From: a candidate division WOR-3 bacterium
GTDB taxonomy: Bacteria > Hydrothermota > Tepidihabitantia > SM23-42 > CAYGYG01
Length of the DNA stretch: 22,581 bases
Direction: 5' to 3'
Assembly (NCBI GenBank): GCA_965648915.1
Contig: CBFGIV010000038.1
Span: forward strand, 1 to 22,581
Shown here: positions 1 to 7,136 of the stretch, piece by piece
How positions within the stretch are numbered: position 1 is the first letter of the stretch
Layout: each line of letters opens with the position of its first letter
Translations under genes and position numbers: made by a program
Notes under the pieces: model-generated
What the model was told of the DNA's origin: nothing
Seen by the model: only the letters and a program-made list of their open reading frames with translations
The model's database searches: none

Positions 1-58
1 ACTTTCTTAGTCTCTTTAATGGGTATGGTGGGGTAAGGCCTATTTTTAGTTTTTGCAT
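1..58 (-). CDS. 5' end of a CDS running off the left edge (MQKLKIGLTPPYPLKRLRK...), product unknown
   Basis: Minus-strand ATG at 58 preceded by AGGAGG (64-69) 5 nt upstream; frame open to the window edge; upstream promoter-like TTGATT-17-TATGAT. Confidence 0.5.
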   Translation of the reverse strand, partial: MQKLKIGLTPPYPLKRLRK

Positions 59-75
59 ATCTTCCTCCTTGCCTC

Positions 76-104
76 ATCATACCTTAAAATTCCTAAAAAA
101 TCAA
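76..104 (-). promoter_or_regulatory. Putative sigma70 promoter for the left-edge gene
   Basis: Minus strand TTGATT (104-99), 17 bp, TATGAT (81-76), just upstream of the SD. Confidence 0.45.
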
Positions 105-139
105 AAGGAAAAGTGGAGAGGACTCAGTTAAGTAATCAA

Positions 140-167
140 TTGACTTAAAGAAAAAAATCGATATAAT
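140..167 (+). promoter_or_regulatory. Sigma70 promoter of the tRNA-Arg/tRNA-His cluster
   Basis: TTGACT (140-145), 16 bp, TATAAT (162-167); 11 nt before the tRNA 5' end. Confidence 0.75.
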
Positions 168-178
168 ATTTTATTATT

Positions 179-252
179 GCGCCTGTAGCTCAATAGGATA
201 GAGCAACGGATTTCTAATCCGTAGGCTGCCCGTTCGATTCGGGCCAGGCGCG
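179..252 (+). tRNA. tRNA-Arg (anticodon TCT)
   Basis: Acceptor stem GCGCCTG/CAGGCGC, D-arm GCTC..GAGC, anticodon stem ACGGA/TCCGT with loop TTTCTAA, T-arm GCCCG-TTCGATT-CGGGC; discriminator G; CCA not encoded. Confidence 0.96.
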
Positions 253-268
253 TGAATAAAGAACTAAT

Positions 269-343
269 GGTGAGTGTAGCTCAACTGGATAGAGCACTGG
301 ACTGTGGCTCCAGTCGTTGGGGGTTCAAGTCCCCTCACTCACC
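269..343 (+). tRNA. tRNA-His (anticodon GTG), with encoded G-1
   Basis: G-1 at 269, acceptor GTGAGTG/CACTCAC, discriminator C73, anticodon stem CTGGA/TCCAG with loop CTGTGGC, T-loop TTCAAGT; CCA not encoded. Confidence 0.96.
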
Positions 344-486
344 CTCCTTGAAATAGGCAGAGAGATAAAATAAAGCAGAAGGGCGATGGTAAAAATTATC
401 ACACAGCGTGGGTTATTTGTGAGCCAGAAAGAGTGAAAAATGAAGTTGGTTGTTGCTGGGTTTCTTAAGAAAGTAGGCAGATAATT

Positions 487-1575
487 ATGAAGAAGATATA
501 TGGGGAAAGGATTGATCGATTAAAGAAGATAGCGCGGGCGCAAGGAATTGAATCTATTCTACTCGTGCCCGGCGTAAATCTCTTTTATATAACCGGTTTA
601 CATATGGGGTTATCCGAACGAATCACCCTGATTGGATTGCCGGTGGATGACGAACCATTTGCAATCGTTCCTCAACTTGAGGCTGAAAAAGTGGCAGCGG
701 CAACCAGAATTAGAAGGATATTTTCATATACTGATAGCGCCGGACCGGAGTCGGCAATCAAAACTGCTTTCGGCAGAGGGAAGATAAAAAGGTTTGGTAT
801 TGAATATCGTTATATGCGGGTTCTCGAGTTTGAGTTACTAAGGTTTTTACTCGGTCAAATAAGCATTTTCGATATCGGTCCGATGATGTCCGGGTTGCGA
901 TCCCGAAAAGATGAAAATGAACTAAAGATTATGAAAGAGGCGGCAAAGATTGCCGATGCGCTGGTAGCGGTTGGTGCTCGGGCAGTCAGGCCTGGTGTCT
1001 CAGAAAAAAGAGTAGAAGGATTGATTCTTGATGCAGCCCGAAGGCATAATGCCCAAGCCGAACTTTCCGTCGCCTCTGGTCCAAATAGTGCTATACCCCA
1101 TTCCCGGACAACCGAAAGGATCATCCAAAGCGGTGATGCGGTTTGGATTGACATTGTTGTTTATTACAAGGATTATGTTGCCGACATTACCCGCACCTGT
1201 TTTGCGGGAAAACCAGCGCCGGAAATGCTCAAAATTTTCAGAATTGTGTATGAAGCCCAGAAGGCGGGGCGGACCAGAGCCCGGGCCGGGATGACCGGTG
1301 CAGAGGTCGATGCCCTGTGCCGAAATTATATCGCGGCTGCGGGCTACGGAAAGTATTTCATCCATCGGACCGGACACGGCATTGGCCTTGAGGTTCATGA
1401 GGAGCCGTATATTGTTAAGGGTAATAATAAGATGTTAAAAGAGAATATGATATTTACCATTGAACCAGGAATTTATCTACCGGGCAAGGGTGGGGTAAGG
1501 ATTGAAGACGATGTGCTTCTTACCAAGCGGGGATGCCATTCATTAACCAGTTTCGAACGCAACTTGGTGCGTTAA
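487..1575 (+). CDS. Xaa-Pro dipeptidase/aminopeptidase P (M24B family)
   Basis: Creatinase-like N-domain; metal-site motifs NSAIPH, D..YVADITRT, HRTGHGIGLEVHEEP, TIEPGIY, GVRIEDDV. Confidence 0.93.
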   Translation: MKKIYGERIDRLKKIARAQGIESILLVPGVNLFYITGLHMGLSERITLIGLPVDDEPFAIVPQLEAEKVAAATRIRRIFSYTDSAGPESAIKTAFGRGKIKRFGIEYRYMRVLEFELLRFLLGQISIFDIGPMMSGLRSRKDENELKIMKEAAKIADALVAVGARAVRPGVSEKRVEGLILDAARRHNAQAELSVASGPNSAIPHSRTTERIIQSGDAVWIDIVVYYKDYVADITRTCFAGKPAPEMLKIFRIVYEAQKAGRTRARAGMTGAEVDALCRNYIAAAGYGKYFIHRTGHGIGLEVHEEPYIVKGNNKMLKENMIFTIEPGIYLPGKGGVRIEDDVLLTKRGCHSLTSFERNLVR

Positions 1576-1597
1576 ATCCGGAGAAAAAAAGGCAGGT

Positions 1598-3136
1598 CTA
1601 TTCAGACAATCGGTTATTTTCGATATTTTCAATTCTTTTAAAAACTACAAACCAGTCATTAAGAAACGACCGAAAATATTTTTTGCGAAAATCTAAATTT
1701 TCTAAAAATTTTTTATTATAGATATTACTTTCGATCGGTGCTCCCGGACCTCCGGAATTTGTCACAATAAAATCAGGCTCGCGCTGTATTACATAATCGA
1801 TGTCGTATTTATGATGTAATTTTCCGGGGAGATGGCTAATCCAGGGGTCAATCAGCCCCTGGAGATCGACAATATGCCAGTCGGTATAGTAGCCGAAATA
1901 ACCGAGCTGTTCAACAGCAACGAGCGTTTTTTTGGGTTTTATAGATTTTATGTAGGTAATAACCTCTTCGTAGGGAGTAGAAAATTCCTGAATCGGAGCG
2001 GTCCACTGCCGTCCATATTTTGCCAGATCTTTATAATAGAGAAAGAGAGGAGGAATTACAAAAAAGAGGGTGACAATGAGGAAGATAATGATTTTCTGGA
2101 ATAGAAGGTTTTGATTTCTGATACTGACCCTTGCCAAATTTATAATTGTAGCGATACTGAGCATAGTCAGGCTATAGATCACCGGCATTATATGGACAAA
2201 GAAACGGGACATAATCATAAAGTCACCCCCGACCAGAAGGATGAAGATTGAATAGGTAATACCAGTCCAAACAATATAAGCGTAGTAACCCTTAAATTCG
2301 AAAAAGAGAAAAGGTACGATCGTCAGTGTGACGATGAACGGACTTATGTTCTTGATTCCGATTAAAAAATATCTGATCCCATCTAAAAGCTGACATACTC
2401 CACCCATTGCTTTTGTGTAGAAGATATTGGGTAAAAGATCATGGTAGTAGATATATCTCAAGATGATCAGGACAAGATAGGGGAGAGCCAGGAAGAATAT
2501 TAACGGGCTAAATCTATTAAAAACACTATCTTTTTTACGAATCAGTATGATCAGCAGTGGAATGGTTAGAATAGGCCCTTCAGGTCTTAGTAGCGAAATC
2601 AGAAAAATCAAAAGGGGTGGCCAGATTTCTATATGAGTTTTATTCCCTGGTGGTGCAAAATAGGCCTGATACGATTTTATCAAAAAAAGAGTTAATAAAA
2701 GAACGACCAGAGGGGTCTCCAGACCGGATACTGCCCAGAAATGAAACGGCAGGGCAGAGGCAAGGAGGGCGGGCAAAATAAAGGGGATATGTGGGTTCTT
2801 TATATTAAACTCCATTGATAGGATTTTACCCAGATCATATGCGAAACCGACGGACAAAAGACCTATAATCATACCGGTAATCTTTGCAGGAAACAGCAGG
2901 CCGAAGGGCCCTTGGCTGAATTTTAACTTTTCAATTATAAAGAGAATGATTATCCATAATATATTAGAAAAACCTTCAACCTTCTCACCGGGGTTGAAAA
3001 CCAGCCCCTTGCCTTTGGCCAGGTTGTGAGCATACTTAAATGATATGAAGGCATCGTCAGAAATATGATTGAAGACCAGGATCTGCAGACTTAGTGCAAA
3101 TATGATTATAAGAACGAAAATGATGATATGCCTCAT
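1598..3136 (-). CDS. Polytopic membrane glycosyltransferase, GT-C fold (AftB/Rgt-like)
   Basis: DD motif after TM1 (SDDAFISFKYAHNL..GLVFNPGEKVEGFSN), SGLETPL, RPEG, GGDFM..RFF, many TM segments, C-terminal soluble domain (DLQGLIDP). Confidence 0.8.
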   Translation of the reverse strand: MRHIIIFVLIIIFALSLQILVFNHISDDAFISFKYAHNLAKGKGLVFNPGEKVEGFSNILWIIILFIIEKLKFSQGPFGLLFPAKITGMIIGLLSVGFAYDLGKILSMEFNIKNPHIPFILPALLASALPFHFWAVSGLETPLVVLLLTLFLIKSYQAYFAPPGNKTHIEIWPPLLIFLISLLRPEGPILTIPLLIILIRKKDSVFNRFSPLIFFLALPYLVLIILRYIYYHDLLPNIFYTKAMGGVCQLLDGIRYFLIGIKNISPFIVTLTIVPFLFFEFKGYYAYIVWTGITYSIFILLVGGDFMIMSRFFVHIMPVIYSLTMLSIATIINLARVSIRNQNLLFQKIIIFLIVTLFFVIPPLFLYYKDLAKYGRQWTAPIQEFSTPYEEVITYIKSIKPKKTLVAVEQLGYFGYYTDWHIVDLQGLIDPWISHLPGKLHHKYDIDYVIQREPDFIVTNSGGPGAPIESNIYNKKFLENLDFRKKYFRSFLNDWFVVFKRIENIENNRLSE

Positions 3137-3891
3137 ACAAGTCTCTTCGGGATGTTGTCTGGTTCAAATGCGACTAAAGGTTCAAGATTGGCCGATCGAA
3201 GCCGCTTTTTGACATGGGGATAGAGAAATATATACTCCTCTTCGAGTTTTGATACGAGGTCAGGACTGATAGCAGAAAGCCGCCTGGCCATATTCAGGAT
3301 ATTCTCTTTGGTCGCAAATGATAGCATAACTGCCGGATGACATCTAATATTCTCATTTTTGAGATTTTTTAATCCGTTAAGTTGATGTTGAAAGAATTCG
3401 GGCTGGGCTCCGGTCAATTTATGAAATTCTTCCTCATTGGTTCCTTTTAGCGAAACCCGGACATGAAGATGAGAAAATGTACTCAATGCATTCGCAAATT
3501 CTTCGTCAATCATAATACCATTGGTCTCGAGTATAAACTCAAGCCCAGACTCACTGGTCTCTTCAAGAAGACGGATTAGATGGGATCGGGCAAGGGTCGG
3601 TTCATTCCCACTGATTCTAATTTTTTTGTAATGATTAATCCGAGCAGTCCTGATCAGAGACTCGGCGATCATTTCCGGGGTATAAAAAGCGCCAGTACTT
3701 TCTGGAAAATCACGGGGTTTATTGCTCCAACAAAAGTAACACTTTAAGTTACAACCACAGCAGTCGCAAGTTGCAATTCCGCCATACCAAAGACCAGGCC
3801 GTCCGATCCGGTAATATTTCCTTTCAGTCTTATTTCGTATTATAATCTTTTCGATGGAGATGGCCAGTTCAATTGGCGAGTAATCTTTCAA
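3133..3891 (-). CDS. Radical SAM protein (COG5014-like Fe-S oxidoreductase)
   Basis: CxxxCxxC (CNLKCYFC), RISGNEP, ILETNG, VRVSLKG; N-terminal RKYYR..YGGIAT; TTG start; 4-bp overlap with the downstream gene. Confidence 0.85.
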   Translation of the reverse strand: MKDYSPIELAISIEKIIIRNKTERKYYRIGRPGLWYGGIATCDCCGCNLKCYFCWSNKPRDFPESTGAFYTPEMIAESLIRTARINHYKKIRISGNEPTLARSHLIRLLEETSESGLEFILETNGIMIDEEFANALSTFSHLHVRVSLKGTNEEEFHKLTGAQPEFFQHQLNGLKNLKNENIRCHPAVMLSFATKENILNMARRLSAISPDLVSKLEEEYIFLYPHVKKRLRSANLEPLVAFEPDNIPKRLV

Positions 3892-3896
3892 TTCAA

Positions 3897-4820
3897 TTAA
3901 GGAATTGAAATCATCCCCTCAAAAGTCACCACTGCCTGCCCTCCAACCTTTACAACCGCAATCTGATCCTTGTAGAGTTGGACATGAACATAGACTTTTC
4001 CCATCTTTTTCTGATTTTGCCCTTGCTCGATTATGATGCGGTTAAAGTGGTCAACCGGTATCAATCGATATCTTACAAGATAACATCCAAGCGAGGCACA
4101 GGCCCCACCCGAAACCGGATCCTCAGGGATACCAACCGCCGGGGCAAAGTGTCGAACATGGGCATCACTCTCTTTTTCGAATGTCTCCAGGGTAAAGACC
4201 TGGATACCAGCTGCGCCGATTCGGTTGCAGAATTTTTCAATCAGAGCAAAATCTGGCTTCAGGTCTAATAACTGACTCAGATTTTTAACCGGAACGATCA
4301 CGCTATAAAAACCGGTGCTGACCGTATCGAGAGGAAGATTGGTATCAGTGATTTCTTTCGGTGGAATACCCAGCATCCGGCCGATCGCCACAATATTGAA
4401 TTCATTGGTGACAAATTTTGGGCCACCGACCGATATCGTAACCCGATGGACTTTATTCTCGGCAACCCTCAACTCAATATACTGAATACCGGATTTGGTC
4501 TTCTGTCTTATTGCCGTTATGGGTTCTTTCAGAGGGAAGATATCCTCACCGGACAGAGCGAAGTAGGTTGCAACAGTAGCATGACCGGAAAAACCGATCT
4601 CACCACCCTGGCTGAAGAATTTTAAGACAAGATCCGCATCCTGAGACGGGGTAATTTGAAGAAAGGCGGTATCAGATAGAGGGTTGAGTTCAGCCGCCAA
4701 TATCTGCATCTGTTCATCAGTCAGTTCCTCGGCACCCAGGATTACCCAGGCCGGGTTTCCCGCATAGGGTTCACCAGAAAATGCACTCAACCTTTTTGCT
4801 TTAAGCCATCTACTTTTCAT
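3897..4820 (-). CDS. PhzF/PhzC (DAP epimerase fold) family isomerase
   Basis: AF..P..GNPA, SDTAF, GHAT, STG, R.FAPAVGIPEDPVSG, IEQG, VGGQAV motifs. Confidence 0.9.
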   Translation of the reverse strand: MKSRWLKAKRLSAFSGEPYAGNPAWVILGAEELTDEQMQILAAELNPLSDTAFLQITPSQDADLVLKFFSQGGEIGFSGHATVATYFALSGEDIFPLKEPITAIRQKTKSGIQYIELRVAENKVHRVTISVGGPKFVTNEFNIVAIGRMLGIPPKEITDTNLPLDTVSTGFYSVIVPVKNLSQLLDLKPDFALIEKFCNRIGAAGIQVFTLETFEKESDAHVRHFAPAVGIPEDPVSGGACASLGCYLVRYRLIPVDHFNRIIIEQGQNQKKMGKVYVHVQLYKDQIAVVKVGGQAVVTFEGMISIP

Positions 4821-4830
4821 AATTTAACAA

Positions 4831-4858
4831 ATTATAATCAATATACTGATTTTGTCAA
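4831..4858 (-). promoter_or_regulatory. Sigma70 promoter of the PhzF-like gene (very short or no leader)
   Basis: Minus strand TTGACA (4858-4853), 16 bp, TATAAT (4836-4831); ATG 10 nt downstream; no SD. Confidence 0.75.
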
Positions 4859-4895
4859 TCTTAAAAAGGATAAGTAGAACCCGCTATTTACTGTC

Positions 4896-4923
4896 TTGAC
4901 TTTAAGTCAAAGTAATATATAAT
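4896..4923 (+). promoter_or_regulatory. Sigma70 promoter of aspS (predicted leaderless); -35 lies in a 15-bp inverted repeat
   Basis: TTGACT (4896-4901), 16 bp, TATAAT (4918-4923), ATG 5 nt later; TTGACTT-T-AAGTCAA at 4896-4910. Confidence 0.72.
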
Positions 4924-4928
4924 AGGTT

Positions 4929-6620
4929 ATGTTTAAAGACACTTATTGTGGAAAACTGTCAATTAAAGATATAAACCGCGAAGTAACGCTTGCCGGCTGG
5001 GTGAAAAAAATACGTAACCTTGGCGGATTGTTATTTATCGCCCTGCGCGATGTGAGTGGTATTGTTCAGGTCTCTTGCGATCCATCTCATCTCAAAATTG
5101 CGCAGGAATTGGGGATGGAGGATGTTATCCAGGTCAAAGGTGTAGTTGTCGAGAGGCCGGGTGATGCCAAGAATTTAGAAATGGCAACAGGTGAGATTGA
5201 GGTCAGAGCATTTGAAATAAAGATACTGAATAGATCTAAGGTCCCACCGTTTGTGATCGAAGATGAAGTTAAGGCCTCGGAAGAGCTCAGACTTAAATAT
5301 CGCTATCTCGATCTAAGGCGTGAATCGTTGTCAAAAAATATTAAACTTCGCCATTATGTAACTCAGGCGGTAAGAGAATACTTGAACCAGTCGGGTTTTT
5401 TCGAAATCGACACTCCTTTTTTAGCCCGATCAACCCCTGAAGGTGCCCGTGATTATCTTGTTCCGGCGAGAAATTTTCCCGGAAGATTTTATGCCTTACC
5501 TCAGTCCCCTCAGTTGTATAAGCAGATACTGATGGTTGCAGGGTTCGAGAAATATTATCAGATTGCGAAGTGTTTGCGCGACGAAGATCTACGTGCCGAT
5601 CGACAACCAGAATTTCACCAGATTGATATTGAGATGTCCTTTGTCGAAGAGGAGGATATATTATCCCTGACGGAAAATTTGATGAAATTTGTCTTCAAGA
5701 AAATCCTCGATGTTGAATTTAATAAACCATTTCCCCGAATCGATTACCAGGAATGTATGGAACGATTCGGCTCGGATAAACCTGATTTAAGAATCGATTC
5801 TGAGATCAGCAAATTAGAGGAAGTCTTTCGACAGGTTCCTTTTGCGCCCTTCAAAGACCGAGAGGTTATCAGAGGCATTCTCTTTAAGGGAGGTGCCATT
5901 TTATCGCGGTCGACGATCGAACAATATCCTGAAATTTTCTGGGTCAAAAGAAAAGGGACAATTACCGGGAGTATCTCAAGGATTGCAACCGAACAAATCG
6001 CCGATACCATTGGATTGAAAGACGGTGACCTCCTGGTGATAAAATGTGGGACCAAGGATCGCGTCCTTAGAGAGTTAGGAGAGATAAGGTTATCACTCAG
6101 TAAATCACTTGAAACGATAAAAGATGGATTTAGTTTTCTGTGGGTAAGAAACTTTCCACTTTTTGAATACAATGAAGAGTTGAAAAGTATTCAACCTGCC
6201 CATCATATTTTTACTATGCCCCATCTATCGGACATTGATATCTTTGAAAAAGATCCATTAAAGGCTTATTCCTATCATTATGATCTTGTGCTTAATGGTT
6301 CAGAGATTGCCTCCGGCAGTATTCGTGTTCACAATCGCGAGTTACAGGAAAGGTTACTGAAAGTAATCGGCATCGATAAAGAGGAGGCACAGCAAAGGTA
6401 TGGGTTTCTACTTGAAGCATTAGAATATGGTGCTCCACCTCATGGTGGCATTGCAATTGGCTATGACCGTTTGATTGCAATAATGGCCGGGACCAATTCG
6501 ATCCGTGATGTTATCGCATTTCCTAAGACCACCCAGGCTCAGGGACTTATGGAGGGAACCCCTTCTGAGGTTAGTGAGGATTTATTAAAAGAGTTGAAGT
6601 TGAAGGTTGAAAAGGACTAA
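4929..6620 (+). CDS. aspS: Aspartate--tRNA ligase
   Basis: GWV..IRNLGG, LRLKYRYLDLR, STPEGARDYLVP, FYALPQSPQLYKQILM, RDEDLRADRQPEF, RFGSDKPDLR, GAPPHGGIAIGYDR, IRDVIAFPKT. Confidence 0.98.
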   Translation: MFKDTYCGKLSIKDINREVTLAGWVKKIRNLGGLLFIALRDVSGIVQVSCDPSHLKIAQELGMEDVIQVKGVVVERPGDAKNLEMATGEIEVRAFEIKILNRSKVPPFVIEDEVKASEELRLKYRYLDLRRESLSKNIKLRHYVTQAVREYLNQSGFFEIDTPFLARSTPEGARDYLVPARNFPGRFYALPQSPQLYKQILMVAGFEKYYQIAKCLRDEDLRADRQPEFHQIDIEMSFVEEEDILSLTENLMKFVFKKILDVEFNKPFPRIDYQECMERFGSDKPDLRIDSEISKLEEVFRQVPFAPFKDREVIRGILFKGGAILSRSTIEQYPEIFWVKRKGTITGSISRIATEQIADTIGLKDGDLLVIKCGTKDRVLRELGEIRLSLSKSLETIKDGFSFLWVRNFPLFEYNEELKSIQPAHHIFTMPHLSDIDIFEKDPLKAYSYHYDLVLNGSEIASGSIRVHNRELQERLLKVIGIDKEEAQQRYGFLLEALEYGAPPHGGIAIGYDRLIAIMAGTNSIRDVIAFPKTTQAQGLMEGTPSEVSEDLLKELKLKVEKD

Positions 6621-6624
6621 TGTT

Positions 6625-7080
6625 TTACTTATTCAATAAAAGTTCCTTTATTCTCCGATCCCTCGGCACCTGAGATTTCAAAAGACCATCACGATAGATG
6701 GCGAGCCCGATCGGGAAATTTTTATAAAAGACAATTACCGGACCATCGCCCGTCAGATTAGGACAATCAACTTTACTCAGACTCTGCCCCTGGATAAACT
6801 TTCTGGTCTCGACATCGTTGAGAACCACGGTATTCTTTCGAGCATAACGACCGAATTTTTGAACCGCTGCGTTTGAGAGTTTCAGAAGATGGGGATAACA
6901 GGTTAAAAATTTCATACCGCGCTTGATTGCCTTTAGTTTATTCCACTTTCCTGCCTGGGGAGTGGTAACAGAAAAAATTCTGCGATTGCCGGAAATGGTA
7001 AGATGCTGAAAGGTTTTCGGCTCGATACCAAACCTTTCCCTTAAATAGACTAATATCTGCTCTTCAATTACACGAGACAT
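6625..7080 (-). CDS. Stand-alone PUA-like RNA-binding protein (RsmF/NOL1 C-terminal or NIP7-like)
   Basis: Basic 151 aa; YLRERFGI N-terminus; AVQKFGRYARKNTVVL..ETRKFIQGQSL..GPVIVFYKNFPIGLA..DGLLKSQVP resembles methyltransferase PUA domains; has its own promoter. Confidence 0.65.
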   Translation of the reverse strand: MSRVIEEQILVYLRERFGIEPKTFQHLTISGNRRIFSVTTPQAGKWNKLKAIKRGMKFLTCYPHLLKLSNAAVQKFGRYARKNTVVLNDVETRKFIQGQSLSKVDCPNLTGDGPVIVFYKNFPIGLAIYRDGLLKSQVPRDRRIKELLLNK

Positions 7081-7086
7081 AACATT

Positions 7087-7114
7087 ATTATAATTGAAAT
7101 TACTTGACTTTCAA
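7087..7114 (-). promoter_or_regulatory. Promoter of the PUA-like gene (predicted leaderless)
   Basis: Minus strand TTGAAA (7114-7109), 16 bp, TATAAT (7092-7087), ATG 6 nt later. Confidence 0.65.
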
Positions 7115-7131
7115 GGATTATTAGATATATT
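7104..7131 (+). promoter_or_regulatory. Promoter of the M42-M42-M23-SDR-SDR-GT operon (predicted leaderless)
   Basis: TTGACT (7104-7109), 16 bp, TATATT (7126-7131), ATG 5 nt later. Confidence 0.65.
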
Positions 7132-7136
7132 AGGAT

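Noticed and set aside
1..80. Alternative minus-strand start at ATG 80/77 (MMRQGGRY...)
   Set aside because: Overlaps the predicted -10 box and lacks an SD; ATG 58 has a well-spaced AGGAGG
230..486. tRNA 3' ends as possible integration (att) sites of a genomic island
   Set aside because: No integrase, no duplicate tRNA 3' fragment seen in the window, and downstream genes are ordinary chromosomal genes
344..486. Repeated TAGGCAG (354-360 and 474-480) between tRNA-His and the M24 gene
   Set aside because: A single 7-mer repeat is compatible with chance and has no supporting structure
3897..4820. Phenazine biosynthesis cluster
   Set aside because: Only a lone PhzF-fold gene with an altered catalytic residue; no phzA/B/D/E/G
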